From positions 1,280,001 through 1,344,000 of the forward strand of contig CAVOKF010000007.1 of the NCBI GenBank assembly GCA_963696385.1: 64,000 nt of DNA, read 5' to 3'. The translations under genes and the position numbers were made by a program. The DNA comes from an uncultured delta proteobacterium (GTDB lineage: Bacteria > Myxococcota_A > Polyangia > Polyangiales > Polyangiaceae). Below the pieces are notes generated by a model. The model was given only the letters and a program-made list of their open reading frames with translations. It was not told the origin of the DNA and searched no databases. This document shows positions 19,735 through 29,482 of the stretch, in pieces (the first letter of the stretch is position 1; each line of letters begins with the position of its first letter).

Positions 19735-19925
19735 GGCGTTCACCTTACCGCGCAAGCCTTTCGAACCACCTTGGCCGTCTTCCCTCGCCGTCGCGCGGCC
19801 CAACTCCTCGGGGAGACCTTCGTGAGTGCGGCGCGTAACCCCGTCAAATGGATACCGCCATGAGGCTACGGAGGCACCTTGCGGCCGAGAACGTCGACAT
19901 GAGCTGGAACGGTCGGACGGAGTGA

Positions 19926-21119
19926 CTATGCGCAGCGCTGCGGGGGAAACCACAATGTGAACGTCGTCCCGTTCCCTGGTTCGGAATCGAGGCGCACGGT
20001 TCCGCCGTGACGATGCACGGTCGCGTATACGGTCGCGAGGCCGAGCCCAGTCCCTTCTGTTCCCTTCGTAGTGAAAAACGGCTCGAAGACGCGGGCTTGG
20101 ACCTCCGGGGTCATTCCAGGCCCATCGTCTGCAACCGCGATGCACGCCCCACCGCGCTCTTCGCTCGTCAGAATCGTGATGCTTCCGCCATGGGGCCTCG
20201 CGTCGATCGCGTTCACCAGCAGGTTGAGGAGCGCCGAAACAATTTCGCTGGACTGCCCAAAAACGGGCGGCGGGGTTCCGAGCTTCTCGTGGATGCGGCT
20301 CAGACGACCGCCTCCACTCGCCATGCGCGGCTTAGCGAGTTGCACGGCCTCGCGGGCGAGCGCGTTCAAGTCGATGCCAGCCATTGGGGAATCCGGCGTT
20401 TGTCGGCTGAACTGGCGTAGACGCTCGGTCACATCGACGCCGCGCTTCAACGCCTGCTTCATCTCGCCCAGAGCCTCGGCGACCTGGCCCATGTCGCTCC
20501 GCGCGTTGGCTCGTGTCGCGACCTCTATGTGCAAAAATAGCGGGTTGAGAATGTTCTTGAGATCGTGGGAGATGCCGGCGGCCATCTGACCCAGTGTCCG
20601 AACCTTCTCACTTCGGGCCAGGGCGTCTCTGACCTTTTTGTCGCCCAGCTCGCGGACCACGGCGGCGGTCAAACGTGTGAGCTTGCCTTTGAGAACGAAG
20701 TCGTGGGCGCCTGCCCGCATGGCCTCGACAGCGCTCTCCTCGCCGATGGTTCCCGAGATGATGATGAAAGGGAGGTCGAGCCCCGTCTCCTTTAGAACAG
20801 CAAGTGCGGCGGGAGCGCTGAACGTTGGCATGGCCCAATCGCTGAGCACGACGTCCCATGGCTTGCGTTCGAGGGCGGACCGCATCCCGTTCGCGTCCTG
20901 GACGCGCTCAGACTCGACCAAGCATCCCGTGCGTTGAATTTCCCGGAGCGTCAGCTCGGCATCGTCGGGGTCATCCTCGACGAAGAGAACGCGCAGGGCC
21001 TTCTGGCGGTACTCTTCGAGGAAGGCCTTCGAGCTGAGAGCTTCGGAGTCCGGCACGGCGGCGCCGAGGGTATCACCGCCGCGTCGAGCCACAAGGAGGA
21101 CCAGGCCGTCAGAGCCCAA
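19926..21119 (-). CDS. Cytoplasmic hybrid REC-histidine kinase
   Basis: REC (FVEDDPDD, LSDWAMP, FVLK); H-box HDLKNIL; NLLVNAIDA; DDGPGM; FEPFFTTK; GTGLGL; start uncertain. Confidence 0.92.
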   Translation of the reverse strand: MGSDGLVLLVARRGGDTLGAAVPDSEALSSKAFLEEYRQKALRVLFVEDDPDDAELTLREIQRTGCLVESERVQDANGMRSALERKPWDVVLSDWAMPTFSAPAALAVLKETGLDLPFIIISGTIGEESAVEAMRAGAHDFVLKGKLTRLTAAVVRELGDKKVRDALARSEKVRTLGQMAAGISHDLKNILNPLFLHIEVATRANARSDMGQVAEALGEMKQALKRGVDVTERLRQFSRQTPDSPMAGIDLNALAREAVQLAKPRMASGGGRLSRIHEKLGTPPPVFGQSSEIVSALLNLLVNAIDARPHGGSITILTSEERGGACIAVADDGPGMTPEVQARVFEPFFTTKGTEGTGLGLATVYATVHRHGGTVRLDSEPGNGTTFTLWFPPQRCA

Positions 21120-21318
21120 CGAAGCACGGCTCGTCGATCACGGATGGACAAGCTTGACCAGTCCGTAAGGAGCGGTCGGGACCGTCTTTTCCGTTTGCGG
21201 CCCAGCCCACACACGAAATGAACGGAAGCGCTCCGAGGGGAGAAGAAGCTGAACGGCGCGAGCGGTCGAGCGCACGAGGCCCTGCTGGGGTTCCTTTTCC
21301 GACCGGGCGAAAATTTTC

Positions 21319-22119
21319 ATGAACCTACTTCAGCGCATTCCACTCGCTTCTTGTGTACGCGCCGTTGTGTTTGGGGCGACTCTCTGGGTCGCTCTCGGCG
21401 GGTGCTACACCGGTTCGGCGCTCGATCCGGTCGCAAGCCATGGGACCTCGGAAGTATCGAGCGACGACGCGGGGCCTCCCGCGACCACGGACGCACCTTC
21501 TGCCGACGACGCCGGCACTTCGTCGCGCGCTTCCTCGAGCGCTGCCGGCTCGCAGGCGGGAGCGGGCCTTTCGGGGGGATCCGGCGTTGGCGCCGGCTCC
21601 GGCTCTTCTTCGTCTTCGCCTTCTGCGTCGCCTTCGTCTCTTTCGGCGTCGTCTTCGTCTTCGTCCGCCTCGTTTTCATCCGCTTCATCCGCCTCATCGG
21701 CGGCGGCGTTGGATGCGAGCGCGAACGTGACCACCGTGTGCTCGAGCGGGAAAACCTATTCGTCCGGCACGGGACCCACCATGGAGCCAGGAGTTTCCTG
21801 CGCATCGTGCCACGGCTCGAAGTTTGCGATCGCTGGAACGGTCTACCCTACCGAGCACGAGCCGGACCGCTGCGATGGGGCCGACGTGACCGGCGTCGCC
21901 GTCGTCATTACGGACGCCAACAACACCACCACGACGCTCACCCCCAACACCGTCGGCAATTTCAACTCGTCGAAGGCGCTCGTCACGCCGTTTACGGCGA
22001 CGGTCACGTACAACGGCAAATCGATTTCGATGACGACGCCGCAGACGACCGGCGACTGCAACTCCTGCCACACAGAAGACGGTGCCAACGGGGCGCCCGG
22101 GAGAATCGTCCTTCCTTGA
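21319..22119 (+). CDS. Diheme c-type cytochrome lipoprotein with Ser-rich linker
   Basis: Lipobox-like LGGC; ~50-aa Ser/Ala linker; CASCH and CNSCH heme motifs. Confidence 0.8.
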   Translation: MNLLQRIPLASCVRAVVFGATLWVALGGCYTGSALDPVASHGTSEVSSDDAGPPATTDAPSADDAGTSSRASSSAAGSQAGAGLSGGSGVGAGSGSSSSSPSASPSSLSASSSSSSASFSSASSASSAAALDASANVTTVCSSGKTYSSGTGPTMEPGVSCASCHGSKFAIAGTVYPTEHEPDRCDGADVTGVAVVITDANNTTTTLTPNTVGNFNSSKALVTPFTATVTYNGKSISMTTPQTTGDCNSCHTEDGANGAPGRIVLP

Positions 22120-22179
22120 CGGGCGCCAAAGGGGGCGGGTCGTGCCTCGTTCGCGCGGGCCGCCTTCGAGTCGATCGGA

Positions 22180-22853
22180 TCAGGCCGCGCGTTCGGGGCT
22201 TGGTCGTGCGCCGGTGCGCGCGACATGCGCAACGAAACGCAGCGCATCCAGGTCACGGAGTATGCCGACGACCGCGAGTCCGTCGCTGATCACGGTGAGC
22301 TCCCTCAGGCGGCATTGGCTCATTTTGGCGAATGCGTCGCCCAGGCTCTCGACTTCGTGAATGGTTGCGGCGGACATCGCGTAATCGGCCACAGAGGAGG
22401 GGTGCGCTGCACTCCAACCCGCCAGCGCGATGGAAGCCGCGGGCAAAAGCCCGACGAGCGCGCCCGCGCCATTCACCACGGGAACGGCGGACAGGCTTTC
22501 CGAGAGCACGGGCGAGCGCGCGACGCCGGCCCAAGGCAACTCGTCCTGCACGCATACGACCGGTCGCATCAGTGCGAGGCCCACCGGCAGAGTCGCCGCG
22601 ACCGCGGGGGAAAGCTCGAGCCCGCCGGATTCTCACCGATCGGCAGGACGGATCCCGCACAATCGACCGGCCCCGCGCAAGCGGAGCAAGCGCCGTCCTG
22701 AGATTGGGAAGCGGCGAAGGGGCAGGCTTCACACCGCAGCGCGGGTACGGACCGCAACACGTGCTCGCAGAAGACCATCTCGCACGCTGCCGTGGTCCCG
22801 TCGCGGAGTACCGTGAGTCGCTTCCGGACGATGGCGGAATGAACTGGAGCCAT
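22180..22853 (-). pseudogene. CBS-domain protein with Cys-rich N-terminus, frameshifted near 22620
   Basis: N-part VFCEH..CEACP in one frame; CBS pair (AVPVVNGAGALVGL, DAFAKMS..LTVI..VVGILRDLDALR) in another. Confidence 0.7.
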
Positions 22854-23087
22854 ATCCGTACTTGCCCAAGAGCGGGGCGCGTGTTCACTTGAACGTCGAA
22901 ACGCCGGGCGGGCAACGAGAGAGGACGAAGGTCAAAACTCATCGAACCGCCCGCCACGTTCGCGCGGAAGGATTTTGCCGCCGTGAACGCAATGGGCCGG
23001 GGAGTCGGCTCGGGGGCTGTTGCATCACGTCCAAAGACCGCGCCTGATTATCGCAACCAGGATGCACTCCACAGTCCGGAGGTCTCC

Positions 23088-24701
23088 ATGATGAGGTCGC
23101 ACTTTTTTGGGGGAATCGGCGTGGCGGCCGCTCTCGGCCTCTGCGCGTCGGCTGGATGCGGGCCTTTGTCGAGCTCGTCAGGCTTTGAGCGTCCTTCCGC
23201 GTCGACCAATACTGCGGCCGGTTCGAAGAGCTCGACGTCGAAGGCACCTGTGGCGACCGTGCAGCCGCTGCTCACGGGGGGTGGGCCATCGAGCGCGAGT
23301 GCATCGGGTGCGCAAGGGGACTCCGGCTCCTCCGCAGCGGATATCGTGTGCCCCGCAGGGTTGCAGTGCAACGTGACGTGCGCCGGCGGTGCCACGACCT
23401 CCATCACCGGGACCGTGTACGATCCGGCCGCGAAAAACCCTCTGTACAACATCGCCGTGTACGTGCCGGCGACGCCACTGCAGGCCCTGCCTACCGGCGT
23501 GCCAACGGGCAGCGACGCCTGCTCGTGCTCGGCCTTGTTTCCGAGTGGCGCCGTCGTGAGCACGTCGACCGCGGTCGACGGGACGTTCACACTGACCAAC
23601 GTTCCGGTCGGAAGCGCCGTTCCTCTGGTGATCCAGGTCGGCAAGTGGCGGCGCGAGTATTTCCTCAACGTCACCGCCTGCGACGACAACGCGGTGCCCG
23701 ACAAGGCGCTCACGCTGCCAGGCAGCGTGACCCTACCCAACGACAACATGCCCGACATCGCCGTGTCGACCGGAGCGTCGGATACGCTCGAGTGTTTGAT
23801 GCTGCGGATGGGCCTGCCGGCCACGGAATACGTGGCGGGCGCCACCGGCACCGGCCACGTCCATATCTTCTCGGGCGGCGAAGCGGCGGCCGGGGGGCGT
23901 GGCGGCCGCGGTGGAGGCGGCGGGGTCGGAGGACCGGAAAACCCGGCCATGCCCGGCGCGCCGGCGAGCTCGACGGCGCTCTGGGCTACCCAGGCCCAGC
24001 TCATGCCGTACGACATCGTGCTTCTCTCGTGCGAGGGGGGCGAGACGTTCGACGCGAACCCGCCGGCGCTCGAGGCCTACTTGAATGCCGGTGGCCGCGC
24101 CTTCGCGTCGCACTACCACTACTCCTGGTTCAGCGGTCCGCTCAACACCATGCAAGCGTACGTGGCCCCGGCGGATTGGGGGACCAACCTCGCAACCTGG
24201 ACGGCGAACGGCGGGCAAGGCAACGGGCCGATCGCCGGCGTCATCGACACGACGCTCAACGGCAGCACGCTGCCTTTCGCGAAGGGAGTCGCTCTTCAAC
24301 AGTGGCTCGGACTCGTCGGTGCCCTGGGGACCAACGGCGTGGCCGCAACCGATCTGGCCATTTACCAGCCGCGCGACAATGCGCAGGTCGCCGCCACGAA
24401 CACGCCCTCGCAACCCTGGATCACCGCGACCCCGTGGACGCTGTATTTCTCGTTCGACACGCCGGTCAATGCGGCGGCCGCCGCCGAGGGCGGGGCACCG
24501 GCGTATTGCGGCCGCGCCGTGTTCAGCGATCTTCACGTGGCGGGCAATCCGACCACGATGGATACATCACCACCGGCGGGCGGCTGCGACGCCACCGACC
24601 TGTCCCCCCAGGAGAAAGCGCTCGAATTCATGCTGTTCGACCTCTCCTCGTGCGTCATCCCGGACACGATGGCCCCAAGCCCCATTCCGATGCCTCGGTA
24701 A
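23088..24701 (+). CDS. Secreted lipoprotein with carboxypeptidase-regulatory-like domain (myxobacterial family)
   Basis: Signal with SAGC; GTVYDPA..PLYN..VYVP, QVGKWRR, LECL..RMG, GGRAFASHYH, FSFDTP, SPQEKALEFMLFDLSSC. Confidence 0.85.
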   Translation: MMRSHFFGGIGVAAALGLCASAGCGPLSSSSGFERPSASTNTAAGSKSSTSKAPVATVQPLLTGGGPSSASASGAQGDSGSSAADIVCPAGLQCNVTCAGGATTSITGTVYDPAAKNPLYNIAVYVPATPLQALPTGVPTGSDACSCSALFPSGAVVSTSTAVDGTFTLTNVPVGSAVPLVIQVGKWRREYFLNVTACDDNAVPDKALTLPGSVTLPNDNMPDIAVSTGASDTLECLMLRMGLPATEYVAGATGTGHVHIFSGGEAAAGGRGGRGGGGGVGGPENPAMPGAPASSTALWATQAQLMPYDIVLLSCEGGETFDANPPALEAYLNAGGRAFASHYHYSWFSGPLNTMQAYVAPADWGTNLATWTANGGQGNGPIAGVIDTTLNGSTLPFAKGVALQQWLGLVGALGTNGVAATDLAIYQPRDNAQVAATNTPSQPWITATPWTLYFSFDTPVNAAAAAEGGAPAYCGRAVFSDLHVAGNPTTMDTSPPAGGCDATDLSPQEKALEFMLFDLSSCVIPDTMAPSPIPMPR

Positions 24702-25165
24702 GCCCTAGAGATCCGCGTCCTTCCGCGGTGCCGGATCGCCGTCGAACACAAGCACGCGCTCCGGCCGGAGCGCGGCGACTTTCCGAGAGAGCTCCTCGGG
24801 TCGTGTCCAAAACGCCGTGGCCTAGTGCCGGTAGCGCAAACTCGATGCAGAAGGCCTGACGCCCGAGGCCGCGCCCGAAGGCCACGGCAACCAACGAAGC
24901 TCAACCTTCTCGCCCGCGAAGCGAAGAAGGCCGGCCTTCCCGGCGTGGGCGCATGTGAACGGCGGCAGGCCGAGCGGAGAAAGAGAGGGCAACGGCGATG
25001 ATGATCCCAACGCTCTCCAAGGCCGGTGCCGAGCGATTCGGTCGTCTCAGGCCCGATCCGTTCGCGACGGCCGAGGGGATAGACATCGATCTCAACCGGT
25101 GGCCCGAGATGTCGTTCTGCGATTCCCGCCCGACGACTTTCGCCCTAAAGCTTCGAAGGAGCGCG

Positions 25166-26179
25166 ATGGTACGAAGGCGGGCAAATGTTGCACCGGTGAT
25201 CGCTGCGACCTTCGCGATCGTTCTCGACGCGGCACCGAGTGCGCACGCAGACCCGCCGTGCGCCCGCGTCGTTACCCCGGCGGATCTGACCGCGGCGTGG
25301 TCGAGCGCCGTCGCCGATCTCCGAAATCAAATCGCGCAGCTGCCGGCGTCCGACTGTCAGCCCATGACGTTGTCGCTCGAGCCGGCGGACGAGGGCATGC
25401 GAATCGTGGCCGTGACGCCCGACGGACGCCGTGCCGAACGAACCGCACGCTATTCCGAAAGCTTGATGGCAGTGGTTCTCGGCTTGATCATGACGATTCC
25501 TCGGCAGGCCCCCGGCCCATCGGTTCCGCCCGTGTCCTCCGTGGTCGCCCTGGCCGCCGTCCCGAACGCACCCCCCCCCGTCGCGATTCGCCCGGCGACT
25601 GCTGCGACGACGGCACCCCCACCCCCAAGCGGCATCGGCCTGTGGGCCGGTCTGTCGGGCGGAGTTCGCCTCACGGCGCCGCTGGCTCTGAGCGTGCTCG
25701 ACGTCGAGGCACGCGCCGACATCGTCTTCGACAGTTGGCTCATGCTGGTGACACTGCGATCCGCCTTGGTGTCCTGCCTGGGTCAGCAAGGCATCGACTG
25801 CGACGTCTATAACGACGTGAGCGTCGGAGCCGGGGTGGCGCGCCGCTTCAAGACCGGTGGTCCCGAGATCGACGTCGGGTTCGAGCCGTCCTTGGCGGTG
25901 ATGCGTATGGAGTACGATTCGGTAGCCGGCGCCGAAAGTCAGGCCGTGGAAGGCACCGAGGTCGTGCTGCGTTTCGACCTCTCAGCACGTCTCGCGGTGC
26001 CGGTCGACCGACACTGGGTCGTCACGGTCATCGTGGACGGGGGGGTTGTGCCCTCTCTGCTCGCCCGCCCGACCGGACTCGCATTGCCCGCGGGGGCCCC
26101 CGTGGGGGAGCCGCCGCCGCCGCCCTTTCCCGCCTGGTCCGGTGGTTTGCGCCTGGGTGCGTCGGGAGCTCTGCTGTGA
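25166..26179 (+). CDS. Exported protein with Pro-rich linker and C-terminal beta-barrel-like domain
   Basis: GAAGGAG RBS, signal peptide ending AHA, Pro-rich linker, amphipathic strands; GTGA-coupled to the ECF sigma. Confidence 0.75.
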   Translation: MVRRRANVAPVIAATFAIVLDAAPSAHADPPCARVVTPADLTAAWSSAVADLRNQIAQLPASDCQPMTLSLEPADEGMRIVAVTPDGRRAERTARYSESLMAVVLGLIMTIPRQAPGPSVPPVSSVVALAAVPNAPPPVAIRPATAATTAPPPPSGIGLWAGLSGGVRLTAPLALSVLDVEARADIVFDSWLMLVTLRSALVSCLGQQGIDCDVYNDVSVGAGVARRFKTGGPEIDVGFEPSLAVMRMEYDSVAGAESQAVEGTEVVLRFDLSARLAVPVDRHWVVTVIVDGGVVPSLLARPTGLALPAGAPVGEPPPPPFPAWSGGLRLGASGALL

Positions 26180-26757
26180 GCGCCCCCGTGCCCACGACGC
26201 GGGTCGACCGGGTCGAGGACCCCGATCTGATGCTCCGGATTGCGGGCGGCGACCTTGGGGCGCTCGGTGAGCTGTACGACCGTTACGCGCGCGAGGTGTG
26301 GCGAGCGGTGTGCCGCTGCCTGCCGGACGGTTCGGACGCCGAGGACGTGGTTCATGCCACGTTTTTGAAGCTGCCGCAGATTGCCGCCTCCTACGACGGC
26401 CGGGCGAGCTGCCGGAATTGGTTGTGCGGCGTAGCCGTGCGTCTCGCCTTGCGACACCGTCGCAGCGTGGGTCGTTTCCGGCACATGCTGAGCACGTTCG
26501 CGCACGAGGTGGTGGGTCAATCGACCGGCAATCCCGAGCGGAAGGCCAGCGGCAATCAAGAGCTGAGAGTCCTGGAGCGGGCTCTCGCGAGGCTGAGCGA
26601 AAAGAAGCGCGCTGTCTTCGTCCTCGTGGAGCTCGAGGGATTGTCGGTCGAAGAGTCCTCGACGGCGCTCGAGATACCCGCCGCAACCGCGCGAACCCGC
26701 CTCTTTCACGCGCGCCACGAACTGCAAGCGGCGTTGCGAGAAGCAGGGGTGGGCTGA
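26176..26757 (+). CDS. ECF RNA polymerase sigma factor
   Basis: DAEDVVHATF, WLCGVA, LSEKKRAVFVLVELEGLS..TARTRLFHAR. Confidence 0.95.
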   Translation: MSAPVPTTRVDRVEDPDLMLRIAGGDLGALGELYDRYAREVWRAVCRCLPDGSDAEDVVHATFLKLPQIAASYDGRASCRNWLCGVAVRLALRHRRSVGRFRHMLSTFAHEVVGQSTGNPERKASGNQELRVLERALARLSEKKRAVFVLVELEGLSVEESSTALEIPAATARTRLFHARHELQAALREAGVG

Positions 26758-27977
26758 TGCGCCGCGCGTGCGACCGGCTCTGGGAGATCGACCCGTACCG
26801 CGAGGGCCGGTTGGGGCCCAACGCCCACAAGTCATTCGAGCGACACTTGAGAGGTTGCGCGGAGTGTCGAACCCAGGCCGACAGAGACGAACGGCTGCGC
26901 GAGCTCGCTCGGCGACTTCCAGATCCCGCCCCGAGCGACCTGGCTCTGCGTCGGCTGCAAGCGCGTGTGCTGCGAGACGTCGCCCTGGGTACTCCTACCC
27001 GATCAATCCACCGACTGCGATGGGCCTTTGCCGTGATCGCTACGGCTCTGGGCCTTTTCGCCGTCTGGGACCCTACCGCCTCCCGCATGGCCTCTCATGC
27101 TCTGGCGACGATGGCCGGAGCCGCTGCCGGGACTTCGCCCCCGAAAGCCGAGATCGGACCCCGTTCAGCGCCACCCCCGGACGTGGTGGCCCCGGCTTCC
27201 ACGTTTGCCGGCTCGGTCATGGCTTCGCCGAACGCGCGATGGTCGCAAACGCGCGAGTCGGGCATCGAGCGAGTCCGGATCGAAGACGGTGCTGTCCGGG
27301 TGCACGTGCGCCGGCAGGCCGTGACGGAACGCTTCCTCGTTGCGCTTCCCGACGGCGAAATCGAAGTTCGGGGCACGACGTTCGACGTGACCGTCGAGCA
27401 TGGGGCCACGACCCGCGTGCACGTCGACGAGGGCGTGGTCGAACTGCGCATCCGCGGTCGCGGCACGACGCGCCTGACCGCCGACGAGGCCTGGAATGTC
27501 CCGATGCCGCCGGACGGGTCGGCTTCGGCCTTCCGGGTCGCCGCCGGTCCAGCCCGAGGGCCGGTCGTGGCGCCGCGGACCGAGACGTCGGTGGCCGACA
27601 CGCCGGCAGCCGACGGCGCCTACACGGCGGCCATCCAACAGATGCAGCAAGGTCAATTCGACCGGGCCGCTGCCGCGTTCCACGCGCTCGTCCTGGCGGA
27701 GCCGCGGACGCCACAAGCCCAGGACGCGTCCTTTCTCGAGGCCGTCGCCCTCGCGCGCGCGGGTCGGACCGATGCCGCGGCACTGGCTGCCGAGCAGCAC
27801 CTGGCTGCGTTTCCGGATTCGTTTCATCGGAAGGAGGCTTCGATTCTGATCGCACGCGCGGCCAGCCAGCGCGGTGATTGCCCCAAGGCGCGCGCGATCG
27901 CGAGCGCGTGGAACGACGGCTCGCCCGACGCCGAGGTGCAGAGCGCCATCGGCCGATGCGACGGCACACCGCGATAA
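26757..27977 (+). CDS. Anti-sigma factor: zf-HC2, TM, FecR domain, C-terminal TPR-like
   Basis: FERHLRGCAEC; TM WAFAVIATALGLFAVW; IEVRGTTFDV..VHVDEGVV; HLAAFPDS; TGATG coupling. Confidence 0.9.
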   Translation: MRRACDRLWEIDPYREGRLGPNAHKSFERHLRGCAECRTQADRDERLRELARRLPDPAPSDLALRRLQARVLRDVALGTPTRSIHRLRWAFAVIATALGLFAVWDPTASRMASHALATMAGAAAGTSPPKAEIGPRSAPPPDVVAPASTFAGSVMASPNARWSQTRESGIERVRIEDGAVRVHVRRQAVTERFLVALPDGEIEVRGTTFDVTVEHGATTRVHVDEGVVELRIRGRGTTRLTADEAWNVPMPPDGSASAFRVAAGPARGPVVAPRTETSVADTPAADGAYTAAIQQMQQGQFDRAAAAFHALVLAEPRTPQAQDASFLEAVALARAGRTDAAALAAEQHLAAFPDSFHRKEASILIARAASQRGDCPKARAIASAWNDGSPDAEVQSAIGRCDGTPR

Positions 27978-27987
27978 GGCCCACGCA

Positions 27988-28057
27988 GCACCCAACCAAA
28001 CCAAGGCCGACGGGGGTCGCCCGAGCCCGATCTCGGCCGCAACCGCCTTGAGCAGGA
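27988..28057. pseudogene. Rearranged relic of a paralog of the 29483-29824 gene
   Basis: 27988-28011 matches 29498-29521 directly (21/24); 28017-28056 matches 29728-29767 inverted (37/40); all mismatches at third codon positions. Confidence 0.75.
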
Positions 28058-28084
28058 GCCGTCCGAGAGGCCGCTTCAGCGCTC

Positions 28085-28693
28085 CTATTGGCCGACGATG
28101 ATGGGGCCGCCGTAGAGGGGCCGGATCGAAATGTGATCCTCGACGTGGGCATCGATGGGGGCGGCAGAGTCGGGACTCGTGCTCGCGTCCTCGACGCTGG
28201 CGTCCTGGGTCTCGTTGGCGTCTACAGGCACGGCAGAATCGAGACGGGCGCTTGCGTCGTCGACGCTGGCGTCCTGGGTCTCGTTGGCATCTGCCGCGAC
28301 GGCAGAATCGCGACGGAGGTGCGCGTCGTCAACGCCGGCGTCGAGGACCACGCCGGCATCCACAGGGGCGGCAGACTCGAGTCGGGCGTTCGCGTCGTCG
28401 ATGTCAGCCTCCATAGGGGTGTCCGCATCGGTCGCGAGCGGGGGCAATCCGTACGGAACGGCCAACCCGTCCTCGGACGTGAAGGGGCTTCCACACGCCG
28501 CCGCCGTGGCGGACAGCGCTCCCACGCCCAAGGCATGAAGGGCCGCGCGACTGAGACGTTTGGCGGGCGACGGCCGCGGTTGCAGCTGCCGAAACGACGA
28601 GGGCAACGCGGCGCCGCAAAAGGGACAAACCGGCTCGTTGACCCGAACGTGTCGGGCGCATCCGGGACAAGCGGCCAAAGCAGTTCGGATCAC
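28085..28693 (-). CDS. Zinc-ribbon lipoprotein-like protein with 23-aa repeats and YG motifs
   Basis: GGAGG RBS + GTG; CPGCARHV..CPFC; AAAC lipobox-like; PYGLPP and LYGGP; 69-bp repeat unit. Confidence 0.8.
   Translation of the reverse strand: MIRTALAACPGCARHVRVNEPVCPFCGAALPSSFRQLQPRPSPAKRLSRAALHALGVGALSATAAACGSPFTSEDGLAVPYGLPPLATDADTPMEADIDDANARLESAAPVDAGVVLDAGVDDAHLRRDSAVAADANETQDASVDDASARLDSAVPVDANETQDASVEDASTSPDSAAPIDAHVEDHISIRPLYGGPIIVGQ
28185..28400. repeat. Intragenic ~69-bp tandem repeat
   Basis: TCGACGCTGGCGTCCTGGGTCTCGTTGGC at 28191 and 28260; encodes DASVDDASARLDSAVPVDANETQ-like units. Confidence 0.85.
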
Positions 28694-28910
28694 GAGCCAC
28701 CTCCGTCGAATGCGGCCTCGACGGCTCGGTGATCGCACAGTTCTGCCGGGCCCGCGGTAACACGCGCCCTCCGCTCTTGCGGGCCTGCGCAGGCCCACGC
28801 GATCGCACGGAGATGGCAGAAGGGGTTGTTCCCCCTGGCGCGCGGCATGAGGCTCGTCCACGGGCAGCCGTTCATGCAGTCCTCGGCACCGAATCGAAAG
28901 GCCATCTTCT

Positions 28911-29435
28911 TCAAGAAGAGCACGTTCGCGCGCGCCGCGCTAAGCATCCGTCCAAGACCACCCCAACCCAAACGACGGACCGCATGTCGAGACGGACCGT
29001 CCTATTCAGGACACCGTCGCACCTTGCCGGGAGCGACGCGGCAACACGGTCGGGGATGAGCCAGGTGCGGATGACTCTCGGCCAGCCACTCCGAATGGAC
29101 TTGGGACCGCGCGCGGCGACCGCCCAATCCCCGTTCACCGGCAAGCCGCGCGGCCTAGGCTCCTTGGAAGCAAGAGTCGGCTCGCGCGGACTCCATAGCG
29201 TGAAAGGCGGCGAGCCGCTGGCGGTGTCGGATACTTTCGCAATGAGGGGCAGCGCGGACGTGACGAGCGTTGTGGCATCCGCCTCTCGGTCGCAGGACGA
29301 AGTCATCACCCGCATCCATAGTTCGCGATCGCCCGCGTCCGGCGTGGGCGTCCACCGATAGCAGCTCTCCCACGGCTGGGGTCCAAGGAAGGCCGCCTCC
29401 TCGCGTATTTGTACCAAGCAGTCCCACTTTGGCAT
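28911..29435 (-). CDS. Hypothetical protein (possibly frameshifted into 28690-28971)
   Basis: 174-aa ATG ORF divergent from 29483; no recognised motif. Confidence 0.3.
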   Translation of the reverse strand: MPKWDCLVQIREEAAFLGPQPWESCYRWTPTPDAGDRELWMRVMTSSCDREADATTLVTSALPLIAKVSDTASGSPPFTLWSPREPTLASKEPRPRGLPVNGDWAVAARGPKSIRSGWPRVIRTWLIPDRVAASLPARCDGVLNRTVRLDMRSVVWVGVVLDGCLARRARTCSS

Positions 29436-29482
29436 GGTGCATAACTCAGTAGACCGCTACAGAGGCCTCCAAGGAGTTGAAC

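Noticed and set aside
18286..19863. 525-aa plus-strand ORF
   Set aside because: Antisense shadow of patatin
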